A DNA stretch of 64,000 nucleotides, from positions 12,110-76,109 of the forward strand of contig JAKAWX010000002.1 in assembly GCA_021816865.1 (NCBI GenBank), given 5' to 3'. Shown here piece after piece: positions 1 to 8,467 of this stretch; positions within the stretch are counted from its first letter, which is position 1; each line of letters begins with the position of its first letter. A program made the position numbers and the translations under genes. Source of the stretch: Thermoplasmata archaeon (lineage in GTDB: Archaea > Thermoplasmatota > Thermoplasmata > Lutacidiplasmatales > UBA184). The notes below the pieces were generated by a model. It saw only the letters and a program-made list of their open reading frames with translations. It did no database searches and had not been told where the DNA came from.

Positions 1-746
1 CGAGCGCCTCGGCGGGCGCCGCGATGCTGAACCACTATCTCGACCGGGACCTCGACGTGCGGATGAAGCGGACGCGCCGCCGTCCCCTCCCGGCCGAGCG
101 GATCGCTCCCGAGGGGCTCGCCGCCGCGCTCGGGATCGTCCTCCTCGCGCTCGGGATCGGGGCCGCGACGGTGTTCTTGAACCCGCTGACGGGGTTCTCC
201 ATCCTTCTCGGAGGCCTCACCTACGTTGTCGTCTACACCCTCTGGCTCAAGCGGCGCTCGAGCTGGAACATCGTGGTCGGGGGGTTCGCGGGTAGCGCTC
301 CCGCGCTCGCGGGGAGCGCCGCGGCGGTCGGCGGGTACACGTGGGGGGTCGTCGCGTTCGCGGTACTCGTCTTCCTCTGGACCCCACCGCATTTCTGGAG
401 CCTCGCGCTCCTCCTCCGGGACGACTACGCCCGGGCCGACCTCCCGATGCTGCCGCGCATGGACGACCCCCGATTCTCGGGGAAGGTCGTCGTCGTCTCG
501 GCCGCCCTCCTCGTACCGGCCGCGCTCCTCATCGGCGTCTCGGGCGCGGTGACCTGGCCGGTCCTCGTGACGCTGCTCGCCCTCGGCCTCCTCTTCGTCG
601 CGTTGACCCTTCCGCTCTGGCGGGTCGTCACCGCGAAGACCGCCCGACGCGGGTTCATCTTCTCGGGTCCGTACCTCCTCCTCGTCATCGTCGCGCTGAT
701 CGCCAACGCCCCGCTCGTCCTCCACGGGTTCCCGACGGGGTTCTGA
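1..746 (+). CDS. ctaB: Protoheme IX farnesyltransferase (heme O synthase), 5'-truncated by window edge
   Basis: UbiA-family motifs NHYLDRDLD..MKRT..RPLP, YT.WLKR, FLWTPPHFWSLAL, DY..A..PMLP; multiple TM helices. Confidence 0.93.
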   Translation, partial: SASAGAAMLNHYLDRDLDVRMKRTRRRPLPAERIAPEGLAAALGIVLLALGIGAATVFLNPLTGFSILLGGLTYVVVYTLWLKRRSSWNIVVGGFAGSAPALAGSAAAVGGYTWGVVAFAVLVFLWTPPHFWSLALLLRDDYARADLPMLPRMDDPRFSGKVVVVSAALLVPAALLIGVSGAVTWPVLVTLLALGLLFVALTLPLWRVVTAKTARRGFIFSGPYLLLVIVALIANAPLVLHGFPTGF

Positions 747-808
747 ACGGGGACGCGCTTCCGGGCGGTCGGTGAGCTTATCTTGCCCGACCGGTACTCA
801 CCTTCTCG

Positions 809-1522
809 ATGCCGGACTCCGCCCGGGCCGGAGGCGTCACCGACCGCGTGCGCACCACCGAAACCGTCCTGAAACGGCTCGGGTACTCGCGGGTGTCGGC
901 GGGGCGCGCCGCCGCTCCGCTGCAGGCGTCGTTCTGGGTCCAGGAGGCGGGAGTTCCGCGCCGGACGTTCCCCGTCTTCGTGCCTCCTTCGGGCCGCGCC
1001 ACCGTCGAAGAGGGGATCGACCGCTGGGTCGAGGGCCTGCGCGGCGTCCCGTCGAGAGCGGCCCGGGCGATCTTCGTCGTGCCCAGCGACGCCGATGCGG
1101 ACGAGGCCTGGGCGCGCCTCGGGCGCACGACCCTGGCGACGATCGACCACGAGGTCTCGATCCTGGTCGTGCCGCTCGCCGAGCGAGCGGGCGACGCCCC
1201 GCACTTTCATTTGAGGGTCGCCCCCCCTGCGGAGGTCCTCCGGTTCGCTACGGGGATCGTGGTCGGCCTCTTCCGCCGGGCGCAGGCAGCCGAAGGGTCG
1301 AGCCAGATCGATTTTGAGGAGCTCCTCGGGCTCCTGAGGGGACGGTTCGGCCTCGACGTCCAGCGCTCGCTCGGCGTCCGGTCGGACGAGGACGCGCTGT
1401 TCATCCTCTACCAGCTCGCGCAGCGCGACGCCTACGCGCCGGGCGACCCGGGCGCGAACCTCCACCTCCTCGTCCTGAAGCCGAGCGGTCCCGCGGCCCG
1501 CCTCCCTTGGTTCTCGGGCTAG
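809..1522 (+). CDS. Hypothetical protein (237 aa)
   Basis: Protein-like composition, GC3-rich codons, TATA-like CTTATC at 777-782 about 27 nt upstream; no recognised family. Confidence 0.75.
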   Translation: MPDSARAGGVTDRVRTTETVLKRLGYSRVSAGRAAAPLQASFWVQEAGVPRRTFPVFVPPSGRATVEEGIDRWVEGLRGVPSRAARAIFVVPSDADADEAWARLGRTTLATIDHEVSILVVPLAERAGDAPHFHLRVAPPAEVLRFATGIVVGLFRRAQAAEGSSQIDFEELLGLLRGRFGLDVQRSLGVRSDEDALFILYQLAQRDAYAPGDPGANLHLLVLKPSGPAARLPWFSG

Positions 1523-1582
1523 AATCTCCGGCGACACGAACCGAGCCGTTAAGAATCCGATCCGGTCTGCAACGGAGGAAGG

Positions 1583-1768
1583 ATGAGCGCTCCCGCGGAG
1601 GCGTATCGGTCGCCGTACACTCCGTACGCCGGAAGCTCGACACCGCCCGCCGCCGTCGGGCCCGCCGAGGGGAAGCTCGACCTCTGGACGTTCTTCTGGC
1701 TCGCGCTCGTCAACACCGCGATCATCGCGGTGTCGGGGATCGTGACGTGGTGGTTCGTCCACCACTAG
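1583..1768 (+). CDS. Small single-pass membrane protein (61 aa)
   Basis: GGAGG SD-like sequence and GTTAAG (1548-1553) upstream; C-terminal hydrophobic helix LWTFFWLALVNTAIIAVSGIVTWWFV. Confidence 0.75.
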   Translation: MSAPAEAYRSPYTPYAGSSTPPAAVGPAEGKLDLWTFFWLALVNTAIIAVSGIVTWWFVHH

Positions 1769-1835
1769 GCCGGCGCGTCGGTTCGGGCAAACCATTATCT
1801 AAGCGGGTCGGGTCGGCGCGCCGCCGACGCCTCGT

Positions 1836-1910
1836 GGGGCCGTGGGGTAGCTTGGACCATCCTTCTTGCTTGGGGTGCAAGAGACTCCGATTCAAATTCG
1901 GACGGCCCCA
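1836..1910 (+). tRNA. tRNA-Pro(GGG), intronless, CCA not encoded
   Basis: Acceptor stem GGGGCCG/CGGCCCC plus A; anticodon stem CTTGC/GCAAG with loop TTGGGGT; T-arm TCCGA-TTCAAAT-TCGGA; AT-rich box near 1795-1802 upstream, T-tract near 1934 downstream. Confidence 0.96.
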
Positions 1911-2360
1911 CCTCCTCGGGTCCCGGTGGGTCCTTTTCGGCTAGTGGCCGGGCGTAGGCCCGCCGGTCGCCGATCCTATCTTCGACCCGGACGTCCGTTT
2001 CGACGGGGACGCCCGGGGCCGAAAGGCGTTCGCTCCGCCGTCGTCCTCGTCTCTCCCCGGCGCCGAGGCGGGGTATCGTCGCGCCTCGTCTGCCGGGACC
2101 CGGCCGTCCCCCGCACGTCCCCCCCGGCCCGCGGGCGCGCGAGCCCGACCGGTCGGCGGGGTCCGCCTCGTGGGCAGCGGTCGCGTTCACCGTGGGCGTG
2201 TTATACGTCGTTCCCCGTCCCACGATCCGGGCGCTCGCGTCCGCACGAAGGGGCGGCCCGGGCGCGGCCGCTCGGGCGTCGCTCCCAACGCGGGGGGGCC
2301 GGCGAGCGCTCGGGCGCGAGCGGCGGGGACTCATGTAGCCGTGCGTCGATGCGCGCGGCG

Positions 2361-3014
2361 ATGGGCCGTCGGTTCGTGTCCGAGCGCCAAAGGGACCGGT
2401 ACTATCTCGCCGCCCAGCGGGAGGGCCTGCGGTCCCGGGCCGCGTTCAAGCTCGCCTACCTCGACGACCGCTTCCGCCTCTTCCGTACGGGCGGGCGCGT
2501 TCTCGACCTCGGGGCGGCCCCGGGCGGCTGGGCCCTGATCGCCCGCGACCGCGTCGGAGGCCCCGGGCGGGTGGTCGCCGTGGACCTGCGGCCGATCGAA
2601 CCGATCGAGGGCGTCGAGGTCGTCCGGGGACGGGTCGGCGACCCGCGATTGACGGGGCGGCTCGGACCCGAGCCGTTCGACGTCGTCCTCTCCGACCTCT
2701 CGCCGCGCATCGGGGGAGCGTACGCGACCGACCATGCCCGCTCGGTCGCGCTCGTCCGGGACGCCTTCGAGGTCGCGCGGGCGCATCTTCGACCCGGTGG
2801 GACGTTCGTGGCCAAGGTGTTCGCCGGCGACCTGCTGGACGACCTCGCGCGGGACGTCGCGGCATCGTTCGATGACGTGCGGCGCACCAAGCCTCCCGCG
2901 TCGCGCGATCCGTCCTCGGAGCTCTACCTGGTCGCGCGCGGCTACCGACCCCGCCGGGAGCGGTCCGGTGCGAAGTCGCCGGATTCCGAGGTCCCCGGCC
3001 GGCCCGCTATATAG
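2361..3014 (+). CDS. rlmE: 23S rRNA (uridine-2'-O)-methyltransferase RlmE/FtsJ
   Basis: RSRAAFKL, VLDLGAAPGGW, DVVLSD, FVAKVF, KP.ASR..SSE.Y motifs; start set at ATG 2361. Confidence 0.94.
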   Translation: MGRRFVSERQRDRYYLAAQREGLRSRAAFKLAYLDDRFRLFRTGGRVLDLGAAPGGWALIARDRVGGPGRVVAVDLRPIEPIEGVEVVRGRVGDPRLTGRLGPEPFDVVLSDLSPRIGGAYATDHARSVALVRDAFEVARAHLRPGGTFVAKVFAGDLLDDLARDVAASFDDVRRTKPPASRDPSSELYLVARGYRPRRERSGAKSPDSEVPGRPAI

Positions 3015-3057
3015 GTTCGGAGATTACCCCGCTCCCCCGTTTGAGGCTTGGTCACTC

Positions 3058-4230
3058 GTGATCCGATTCGGACCTGCGGGGATCCCTCTTTCCTGCAAGG
3101 GGCGAACGCTCCGGGACGGCATTGCGGACGTCCACCATCTCGGGCTCACCGCGATGGAGGTCCAGTTCATCAAGGTCAACCCGCTGACGCGGCTCGCGCT
3201 CGACGAGGAAGTGGGCCACCTCGCCCGCGAACTCCCCCAGCAGCTCGTCGTCAGCGTCGGGCCATCGGACCACCAGGGCGGCCCCCCGAGCCTCGACGCG
3301 ATCTCGGCCCCGATCCGCCGGCGCGATTCGGTCTCGACGCTCACGTGGAGCCTCGCGAAGGACTATCCCGACCTCCAGCAGACGAAGATGCTCGGACGCG
3401 CGCTCGACGCGGACCTTACGCTGCACGCGCCCTACTACGTCGATTTCTTCGGCTCGAGCGACGCGCGCGAGCAGTCGACCCGGCAGATCCAGTGGGCCGG
3501 GGTCCTTGCGCAAGGGCTCGGGGCGCGGCTCACGGTGACGCACCTCGGATTCTACGGGGGGGGCGACCGGAGGGATTCCGTCCAGGAGCTCACCGAGATC
3601 GTCACCGACCTCTCCGACTGGTTCTCGAAGTTCTCGAAGGGGACGGTTCGCCTCGCGATCGAGCCGAGCGGCCACCCCGACGTCTTCGGTTCCCGGGAGG
3701 AGGTCCTCGAGCTCGTCCGCCGGGTCAAGCGGACGGTGCCGGTCCTCAACCTCGCACACCTCGCGGCCCGCGAACGCACGAACTTCGAGGACCCCGCCCA
3801 GCTCGAGACGCTGGTCAAGCAGTTCGTGGAGGCGACCGACGGTCCCCTCTACCTCAACTTCTCGGGCGTGGAGTTCTACGGCCCGGGCGAGTTCCGGCTG
3901 ACCCCGATCAAGCGCGGCCTCGTGCGGTTCGACCCGCTCGCGGAGCTCCTCGCGGAGCGGGACTACGATGTGACGGTGATCTCGAGCTCTCCGCTCCTCG
4001 AGCACGACGCGATGTACATGAAGCTCCTCTACGAGCGCGCGCTCACGCGGCGCTGGACGAAGCTACACGCGGCGCCGGCCGCGCGAGCGCCCGGGGCCCC
4101 GGCGGCCCGCAAGGCGGGCGCCCCCGGGGTGCCCCCGTCCCGACAACCGGCGGCCCGGCCCGCGCGCCCGGCCGCGGCGGCCGCGCGTCCCAGGGAGGCG
4201 AAGGTTCGTGGGCACCAACGGGGACGCTGA
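3058..4230 (+). CDS. Endonuclease IV-like TIM-barrel protein with degenerate metal site
   Basis: IRFGPAG.P, LHAPYY, VTHLG, FSGVEF, SP.LE.DA match archaeal EndoIV layout; several Zn ligands substituted; start GTG 3058. Confidence 0.85.
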   Translation: MIRFGPAGIPLSCKGRTLRDGIADVHHLGLTAMEVQFIKVNPLTRLALDEEVGHLARELPQQLVVSVGPSDHQGGPPSLDAISAPIRRRDSVSTLTWSLAKDYPDLQQTKMLGRALDADLTLHAPYYVDFFGSSDAREQSTRQIQWAGVLAQGLGARLTVTHLGFYGGGDRRDSVQELTEIVTDLSDWFSKFSKGTVRLAIEPSGHPDVFGSREEVLELVRRVKRTVPVLNLAHLAARERTNFEDPAQLETLVKQFVEATDGPLYLNFSGVEFYGPGEFRLTPIKRGLVRFDPLAELLAERDYDVTVISSSPLLEHDAMYMKLLYERALTRRWTKLHAAPAARAPGAPAARKAGAPGVPPSRQPAARPARPAAAAARPREAKVRGHQRGR

Positions 4231-4780
4231 GCGCCCGACGGTCACTCGCGCCGTCCGCTACATCGGCGAGAGGGTCACCGCCGCGCTCGAGCGGGTCGAC
4301 CCGAAGGCGATCGGCCGCGCCGTCGACCTTCTCGCGCGGGCCCCGCAGATCTTCGTCTACGGCGCGGGACGCAGCGGCATCATCGGCCGCGCGTTCGCGA
4401 TGCGGCTGGTCCAAGCGGGCCTGCGCGCGTACGTCATCGGGGAAAGCGTCACCCCGATCGTCCGCCGGGGGGATACCGTCTTCCTGCTCTCGGGCCAGGG
4501 CGAGAGTTACTCGTCGATGCAGACCGCCAACATCGTTCGGCGCGAGGGCGCCGACCTCATCGTCCTCACGGCCCGTCCGGGGTCGAAGATCGCGCACACC
4601 GCGACCGTCCTCCTCACGATCGAGTTCGCCGAGGACCCCGACCGCCCCCGCTACGCGCCGCTCGGAACGCTGTTCGAGTCGGCGAGCCTGCGGCTTACCG
4701 ACAGTCTCATCGCCGAACTTTTGCGGACGCGAGGCGAGACCGAAGATTCGATGCGACGGCGCCACGCGATCATGGTCTAG
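4208..4780 (+). CDS. hxlB: 6-phospho-3-hexuloisomerase (SIS domain)
   Basis: YGAGRSG, FAMRL, YVIGE..TP, APLGTLFE, C-terminal RHA motifs. Confidence 0.88.
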   Translation: MGTNGDAERPTVTRAVRYIGERVTAALERVDPKAIGRAVDLLARAPQIFVYGAGRSGIIGRAFAMRLVQAGLRAYVIGESVTPIVRRGDTVFLLSGQGESYSSMQTANIVRREGADLIVLTARPGSKIAHTATVLLTIEFAEDPDRPRYAPLGTLFESASLRLTDSLIAELLRTRGETEDSMRRRHAIMV

Positions 4781-4800
4781 CGCCCGGCCGCGCGCCAAAG

Positions 4801-4806
4801 CTTAAG
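4801..4806 (+). promoter_or_regulatory. TATA-like box CTTAAG upstream of pdaD (representative of a recurring motif)
   Basis: 23 nt before GTG 4830; the same (C/G)TTAAG recurs at 1548, 6373, 22301, 36566, 49424 and 51652 at similar spacing from starts. Confidence 0.6.
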
Positions 4807-4829
4807 GAGCGGTCCCCTTCCCGGCCGGC

Positions 4830-5330
4830 GTGTCCGCCAAGGGATCTGCGGTCCCTCGCACCCTCGTACCCGTCCCGTCGCGGTTCTTCGTTACGAGCGG
4901 CAAAGGGATCAACAAGACGAGCGAGCTCAACGCCTTCGACCTCGCGCTGCTCCAGGCCGGCATCGGGGAGCAGAACTTGGTGAGCGTATCGTCGGTCCTG
5001 CCGATCGGGATCCGCCAGATCGACCGGGAGACGATCCCCCGGGGAGCCATCACGCACTGCGTCCTGTCGCGCCACGCGGGCGGCGAAGGCGAGGTGATCA
5101 GCGCGGGGATCTCGTACGGCTTCCGCACCGACGGCCAGGGCGGCTACGTGGCCGAAGGCCACCTCCACGGCACGCAGAAGTCCCTCAAGGAGTTCCTCAA
5201 GTGGCGGATGGAAGAGATCGCGCACTTCCGCGGCGTCGAACTGCGACGCATCCACTACCGGACCGAGGAACTCTCGATCCCGATGGACCACTACGGGGTC
5301 TGCATCGCCGCGTGCGTCTTCCTTCCGTAG
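4830..5330 (+). CDS. pdaD: Pyruvoyl-dependent arginine decarboxylase
   Basis: S.LNAFD.AL..AGI...NLV.VSS.LP including the Ser-Ser self-cleavage site; GYVAE. Confidence 0.9.
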   Translation: MSAKGSAVPRTLVPVPSRFFVTSGKGINKTSELNAFDLALLQAGIGEQNLVSVSSVLPIGIRQIDRETIPRGAITHCVLSRHAGGEGEVISAGISYGFRTDGQGGYVAEGHLHGTQKSLKEFLKWRMEEIAHFRGVELRRIHYRTEELSIPMDHYGVCIAACVFLP

Positions 5331-5342
5331 GCCCCCGGGCGG

Positions 5343-5678
5343 CTAGAGCAGCTTTCGGAAGAGCAGCTTGTCCTCGAGCCGACCGTCGATCGCGAGCTTG
5401 CGCGTCACGAGGGCCTTCATCGGGCCGATCTCCTTGCGCACGAGGCCGTGGAACGTCGCGACGTCCGTCGTGATCGTAACGTCGGCCTTGGGGGCTCGGC
5501 CCGATCGCAAGTTCGCGAGTCGGCCCCCGGCGAGGTCGACCGCGTAGGTCCCCGCGTCGGTGAGCCGGATCTCGATCGTCCGCGCGAGGCCGGCGAGCTC
5601 CTCCGCCGTCGCGGGGGTCCTCTCGGCGTGGCGGTTGAACCGCTCGACGAGCCCCGCGAGGGTCTCCTCCACCGTCAT
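5343..5678 (-). CDS. SCP2 sterol/lipid-carrier domain protein
   Basis: ADVTIT...TF..L....I.PMKA....KL.I.G..ED.L pattern; 4-nt overlap with rnhB. Confidence 0.82.
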   Translation of the reverse strand: MTVEETLAGLVERFNRHAERTPATAEELAGLARTIEIRLTDAGTYAVDLAGGRLANLRSGRAPKADVTITTDVATFHGLVRKEIGPMKALVTRKLAIDGRLEDKLLFRKLL

Positions 5679-6340
5679 GGAACGAACGCGTCCAGCGTCC
5701 GAGCCGGTCGGGCGGGCTTAACCCTTTGCATCGTGGCCCACGAACCTCGCATCCACGGCGGGACGGGGCCGCCGTCCGCGAGCGCGCGCCGGGCGAAGTC
5801 GATCGTCCGCCGGTCGGACGGGTAGCCACTTCCGATCGACGCGTCGAGCGAGTGCGCGAGCCGCGCGATCGCCCGGTCGCGACGGACCTTCGCGACGATC
5901 GACGCGGCCCCGACGACGGGGTCGTCACGATCGGCGTGGTGCCGGGCGACGATCCGTACGTCGCCGCCGGATCGACCGGCGACCGACCGACCGAACCGCT
6001 GTGCGTCGACGTCGCACGCGTCGACGTACGCCACGTCGGGCTTCAGCGCGCGCACGAGCCGGGCGAACGTCTCGGCTTCGAGCTCGTTGAGGCGACCGCG
6101 CTCGACGTAGCGGTCGATCGTCTTCGGCGCGAGCGCGACCGATCGGCGCTCGCCGACGGACGAGAGACGGCGGTAGACCTCCGACCGGGCGCCGGGAGAG
6201 AGGGCCTTCGAGTCCCGCGCGCCGGCCCCTACGAGCGTCGGGATGCGGTCCTCCCGCACGAGGAACGCGCCGACGACGAGGGGGCCCAGGAGGCTTCCGC
6301 GCCCCGCCTCGTCGATCCCGAGGATCCTACCGCCCGTCGT
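5675..6340 (-). CDS. rnhB: Ribonuclease HII (start uncertain, no canonical start upstream of DEAG motif)
   Basis: ILGIDEAGRG..LGPLVV read in frame upstream of the ORF-track start; RDSK.L, YVDA, AD....VGAASI.AKV.RD, GSGYPSD; C-terminal PIP-like RTLDAF. Confidence 0.93.
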   Translation of the reverse strand, partial: TTGGRILGIDEAGRGSLLGPLVVGAFLVREDRIPTLVGAGARDSKALSPGARSEVYRRLSSVGERRSVALAPKTIDRYVERGRLNELEAETFARLVRALKPDVAYVDACDVDAQRFGRSVAGRSGGDVRIVARHHADRDDPVVGAASIVAKVRRDRAIARLAHSLDASIGSGYPSDRRTIDFARRALADGGPVPPWMRGSWATMQRVKPARPARTLDAFVP

Positions 6341-6400
6341 ACCGTTCCCCGGCGCCGGACACGCGTCAAGCAGTTAAGCCGTCGCGGCGCTGGGCCGACG

Positions 6401-7300
6401 ATGTCGCTCGACGGACTCATCGTGCCGATCCCGACCCTCTTCGCCGATGACGGCGCGCTCGACACGGGGCGCAACGCGAAGTTCGCGCGCACCCTCTCGG
6501 ACGCGAAGGTCGACCACCTCTTCCTCCTCGGCTCGCTCGGCGAGTTCCCGTCGGTCGACGACGAAGAGCGTACCCGGCTCGTCGACGTCGTCGTCGAGAG
6601 TGCGACCGGGAAGACGGACGTCTGGGTCGGGGTAGGGGCGCCCTCGACCCGGCGGGCGGTCGCCTACGCCGAGGAGGCGGAGGCGGTGGGCGCCGCCGCG
6701 GTCGTCGCGGTCCCGCCGTACTACCTGCACCCGTCCCTTGCGGCCGTCGCGAGCTACTACCGCGCGATCCGCGCCGCCGTGACCGTGCCGCTCCTGGCGT
6801 ACAACATCCCGTCCCTCGTCGGCTACCCGCTGCCGGCCGACCGGGTGCACGCCCTGGCCGCCGACGGGACGCTCGCCGGCGTCAAGGACACCTCGGGCTC
6901 GCTACCGAGCGTCGAGGCGTTCCTGCGCGGGGCCCCGCCCGGGTTCGCCGTCTTTCCCGGGGACGACGTGCTCGCGAGCGCCGCGATCGCCCGGGGCGCG
7001 CGGGGCGCGGTGATGGGGATCGCCAACGTCGTGCCGAGGCTCTGCGTCGAGCTCGTCGCCGCCGCCCGGGGCCCCGACCGCGCCCGCACCGAGGAGCTCC
7101 AGTCGCTCGTGGACGCGCTCGTCGACGTCTCGCGGAGCGCGCCGTTCCCGTCCGTCGACAAGTTCCTCGCCGCCGAACTCCGGGACGCCGAGGTCGGCTA
7201 TCGGGCCCCCTACGACCCGCTCACGGTCGAGGAGCGGGAGGTGGTGCGGGAACGCCTCGCTCCGCTCCGGCCACGCCTCGCGCCGTTCCTCGGGCGGTGA
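6401..7300 (+). CDS. DapA/NAL-family class I aldolase, probably 2-keto-3-deoxygluconate aldolase-like
   Basis: LGSLGEF, PPYY, YNIP, GVKDTSG (Schiff-base Lys); directly upstream of glucose dehydrogenase. Confidence 0.85.
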   Translation: MSLDGLIVPIPTLFADDGALDTGRNAKFARTLSDAKVDHLFLLGSLGEFPSVDDEERTRLVDVVVESATGKTDVWVGVGAPSTRRAVAYAEEAEAVGAAAVVAVPPYYLHPSLAAVASYYRAIRAAVTVPLLAYNIPSLVGYPLPADRVHALAADGTLAGVKDTSGSLPSVEAFLRGAPPGFAVFPGDDVLASAAIARGARGAVMGIANVVPRLCVELVAAARGPDRARTEELQSLVDALVDVSRSAPFPSVDKFLAAELRDAEVGYRAPYDPLTVEEREVVRERLAPLRPRLAPFLGR

Positions 7301-7303
7301 ACC

Positions 7304-8419
7304 GTGCGCGCGGTCGTCGTTCGGCCCCCGGCCGCGGGTGTCGCCCTCGAGGACGTTCCCGCCCCCTTGCTCCCGCCGGGGGCCGTGCGGGTCTCGGTCC
7401 TCGAGTGCGGCGTCTGCGGGACCGACCACGACATCGTGGGCGGACGGTACGGACGACCGCCGGCGGGCTCGGAGTTCCTGATCCTCGGCCACGAGAATCT
7501 GGGGGAGGTGGCGGAGGTCGGCGCCGGGGTCGACGGGTTCGCTGCCGGCGACCTCGTGGTCGCGACGGTGCGGCGTGGCTGCGGCCGGTGCCGGTTCTGC
7601 CGGTCGAACCGGTCGGACTTCTGCGAGACGGGCGACTTCACCGAGCGGGGGATCGGTGGGGCCCACGGCTACATGGCCGAGGAGTACGTCGACGTTCCCG
7701 CCTACCTCGTGAAGGTCCCGCCGGCGCTGCGCCGGGTCGCGGTCCTCCTCGAGCCGCTCAGCGTGGTCGAGAAGGCGGTCTTCCAGGGCCAGCGCGTGCT
7801 CGACCGCAAGGAGCCGACCCCGGGCGAGCCGAAGACGGGAACGCCGACCGCCCTCGTCGCCGGGACCGGGGCGATCGGAATGCTCGCCGCGTTCCTCCTG
7901 CGAGTCCGGGGGTACGAGGTCGTGGGGGTCGACCGTCACGGCGACGACACGCCCGCCGCGAAGACGCTCGCTCGTACCGGAGTGGCGCACGCGAACGTGC
8001 TCGCCGGCTTCGACGTGCTCGGCAAGCGCCGGTTCGACCTCGTGGTCGAAGCGACCGGGTCGGCCACCCTCGACTTCGCCCTCATCGACCGGCTGGGGCC
8101 GAACGGCGTCCTCGTCCTCACGGGGATCCCGGACGCCGACGCCCCGCCGACGCCGGTCCCGGGCGGCGCACTCCTCCGGGACGTCGTGCTCGGAAACCAG
8201 GCGATCGTCGGCTCCGTCAACGCGAATCGCACGTACTTCGAGGCCGGCCTGCGCGACCTCACGGTCTTCGAAGAGCGGTGGCCCGGGGCGGTCGGTGCCC
8301 TGGTTTCGGGCCGCCAACCGCTCGAAGCGTTCCGCGACGTCCTCACGACCCACCCCGGCGGAACGATCAAGATGGTCCTCACCGTGCGGCCCGGGGGCGC
8401 GGCGGGGACCGCGCCCTAA
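7304..8419 (+). CDS. gdh: Glucose 1-dehydrogenase (Zn-dependent MDR family)
   Basis: CGTD, LGHE, TVRRGC..C..C.......C, ERGI, EPLS, G.GAIG, GSVNA motifs of archaeal glucose dehydrogenase. Confidence 0.9.
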   Translation: MRAVVVRPPAAGVALEDVPAPLLPPGAVRVSVLECGVCGTDHDIVGGRYGRPPAGSEFLILGHENLGEVAEVGAGVDGFAAGDLVVATVRRGCGRCRFCRSNRSDFCETGDFTERGIGGAHGYMAEEYVDVPAYLVKVPPALRRVAVLLEPLSVVEKAVFQGQRVLDRKEPTPGEPKTGTPTALVAGTGAIGMLAAFLLRVRGYEVVGVDRHGDDTPAAKTLARTGVAHANVLAGFDVLGKRRFDLVVEATGSATLDFALIDRLGPNGVLVLTGIPDADAPPTPVPGGALLRDVVLGNQAIVGSVNANRTYFEAGLRDLTVFEERWPGAVGALVSGRQPLEAFRDVLTTHPGGTIKMVLTVRPGGAAGTAP

Positions 8420-8467
8420 AGGTCAAATAGGCGACTCCGCTCGAACCGCTCCTCGCTGGGAGGACCG

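Noticed and set aside
809-1768. Amber readthrough (pyrrolysine-type) joining two in-frame ORFs
   Set aside because: An in-frame TAA follows 10 codons after the TAG, and the second ORF has its own promoter and SD
1836-1910. tRNA as integration site, or intron-containing tRNA
   Set aside because: Standard 7-nt anticodon loop; no integrase and no duplicated tRNA 3' end noticed in the window
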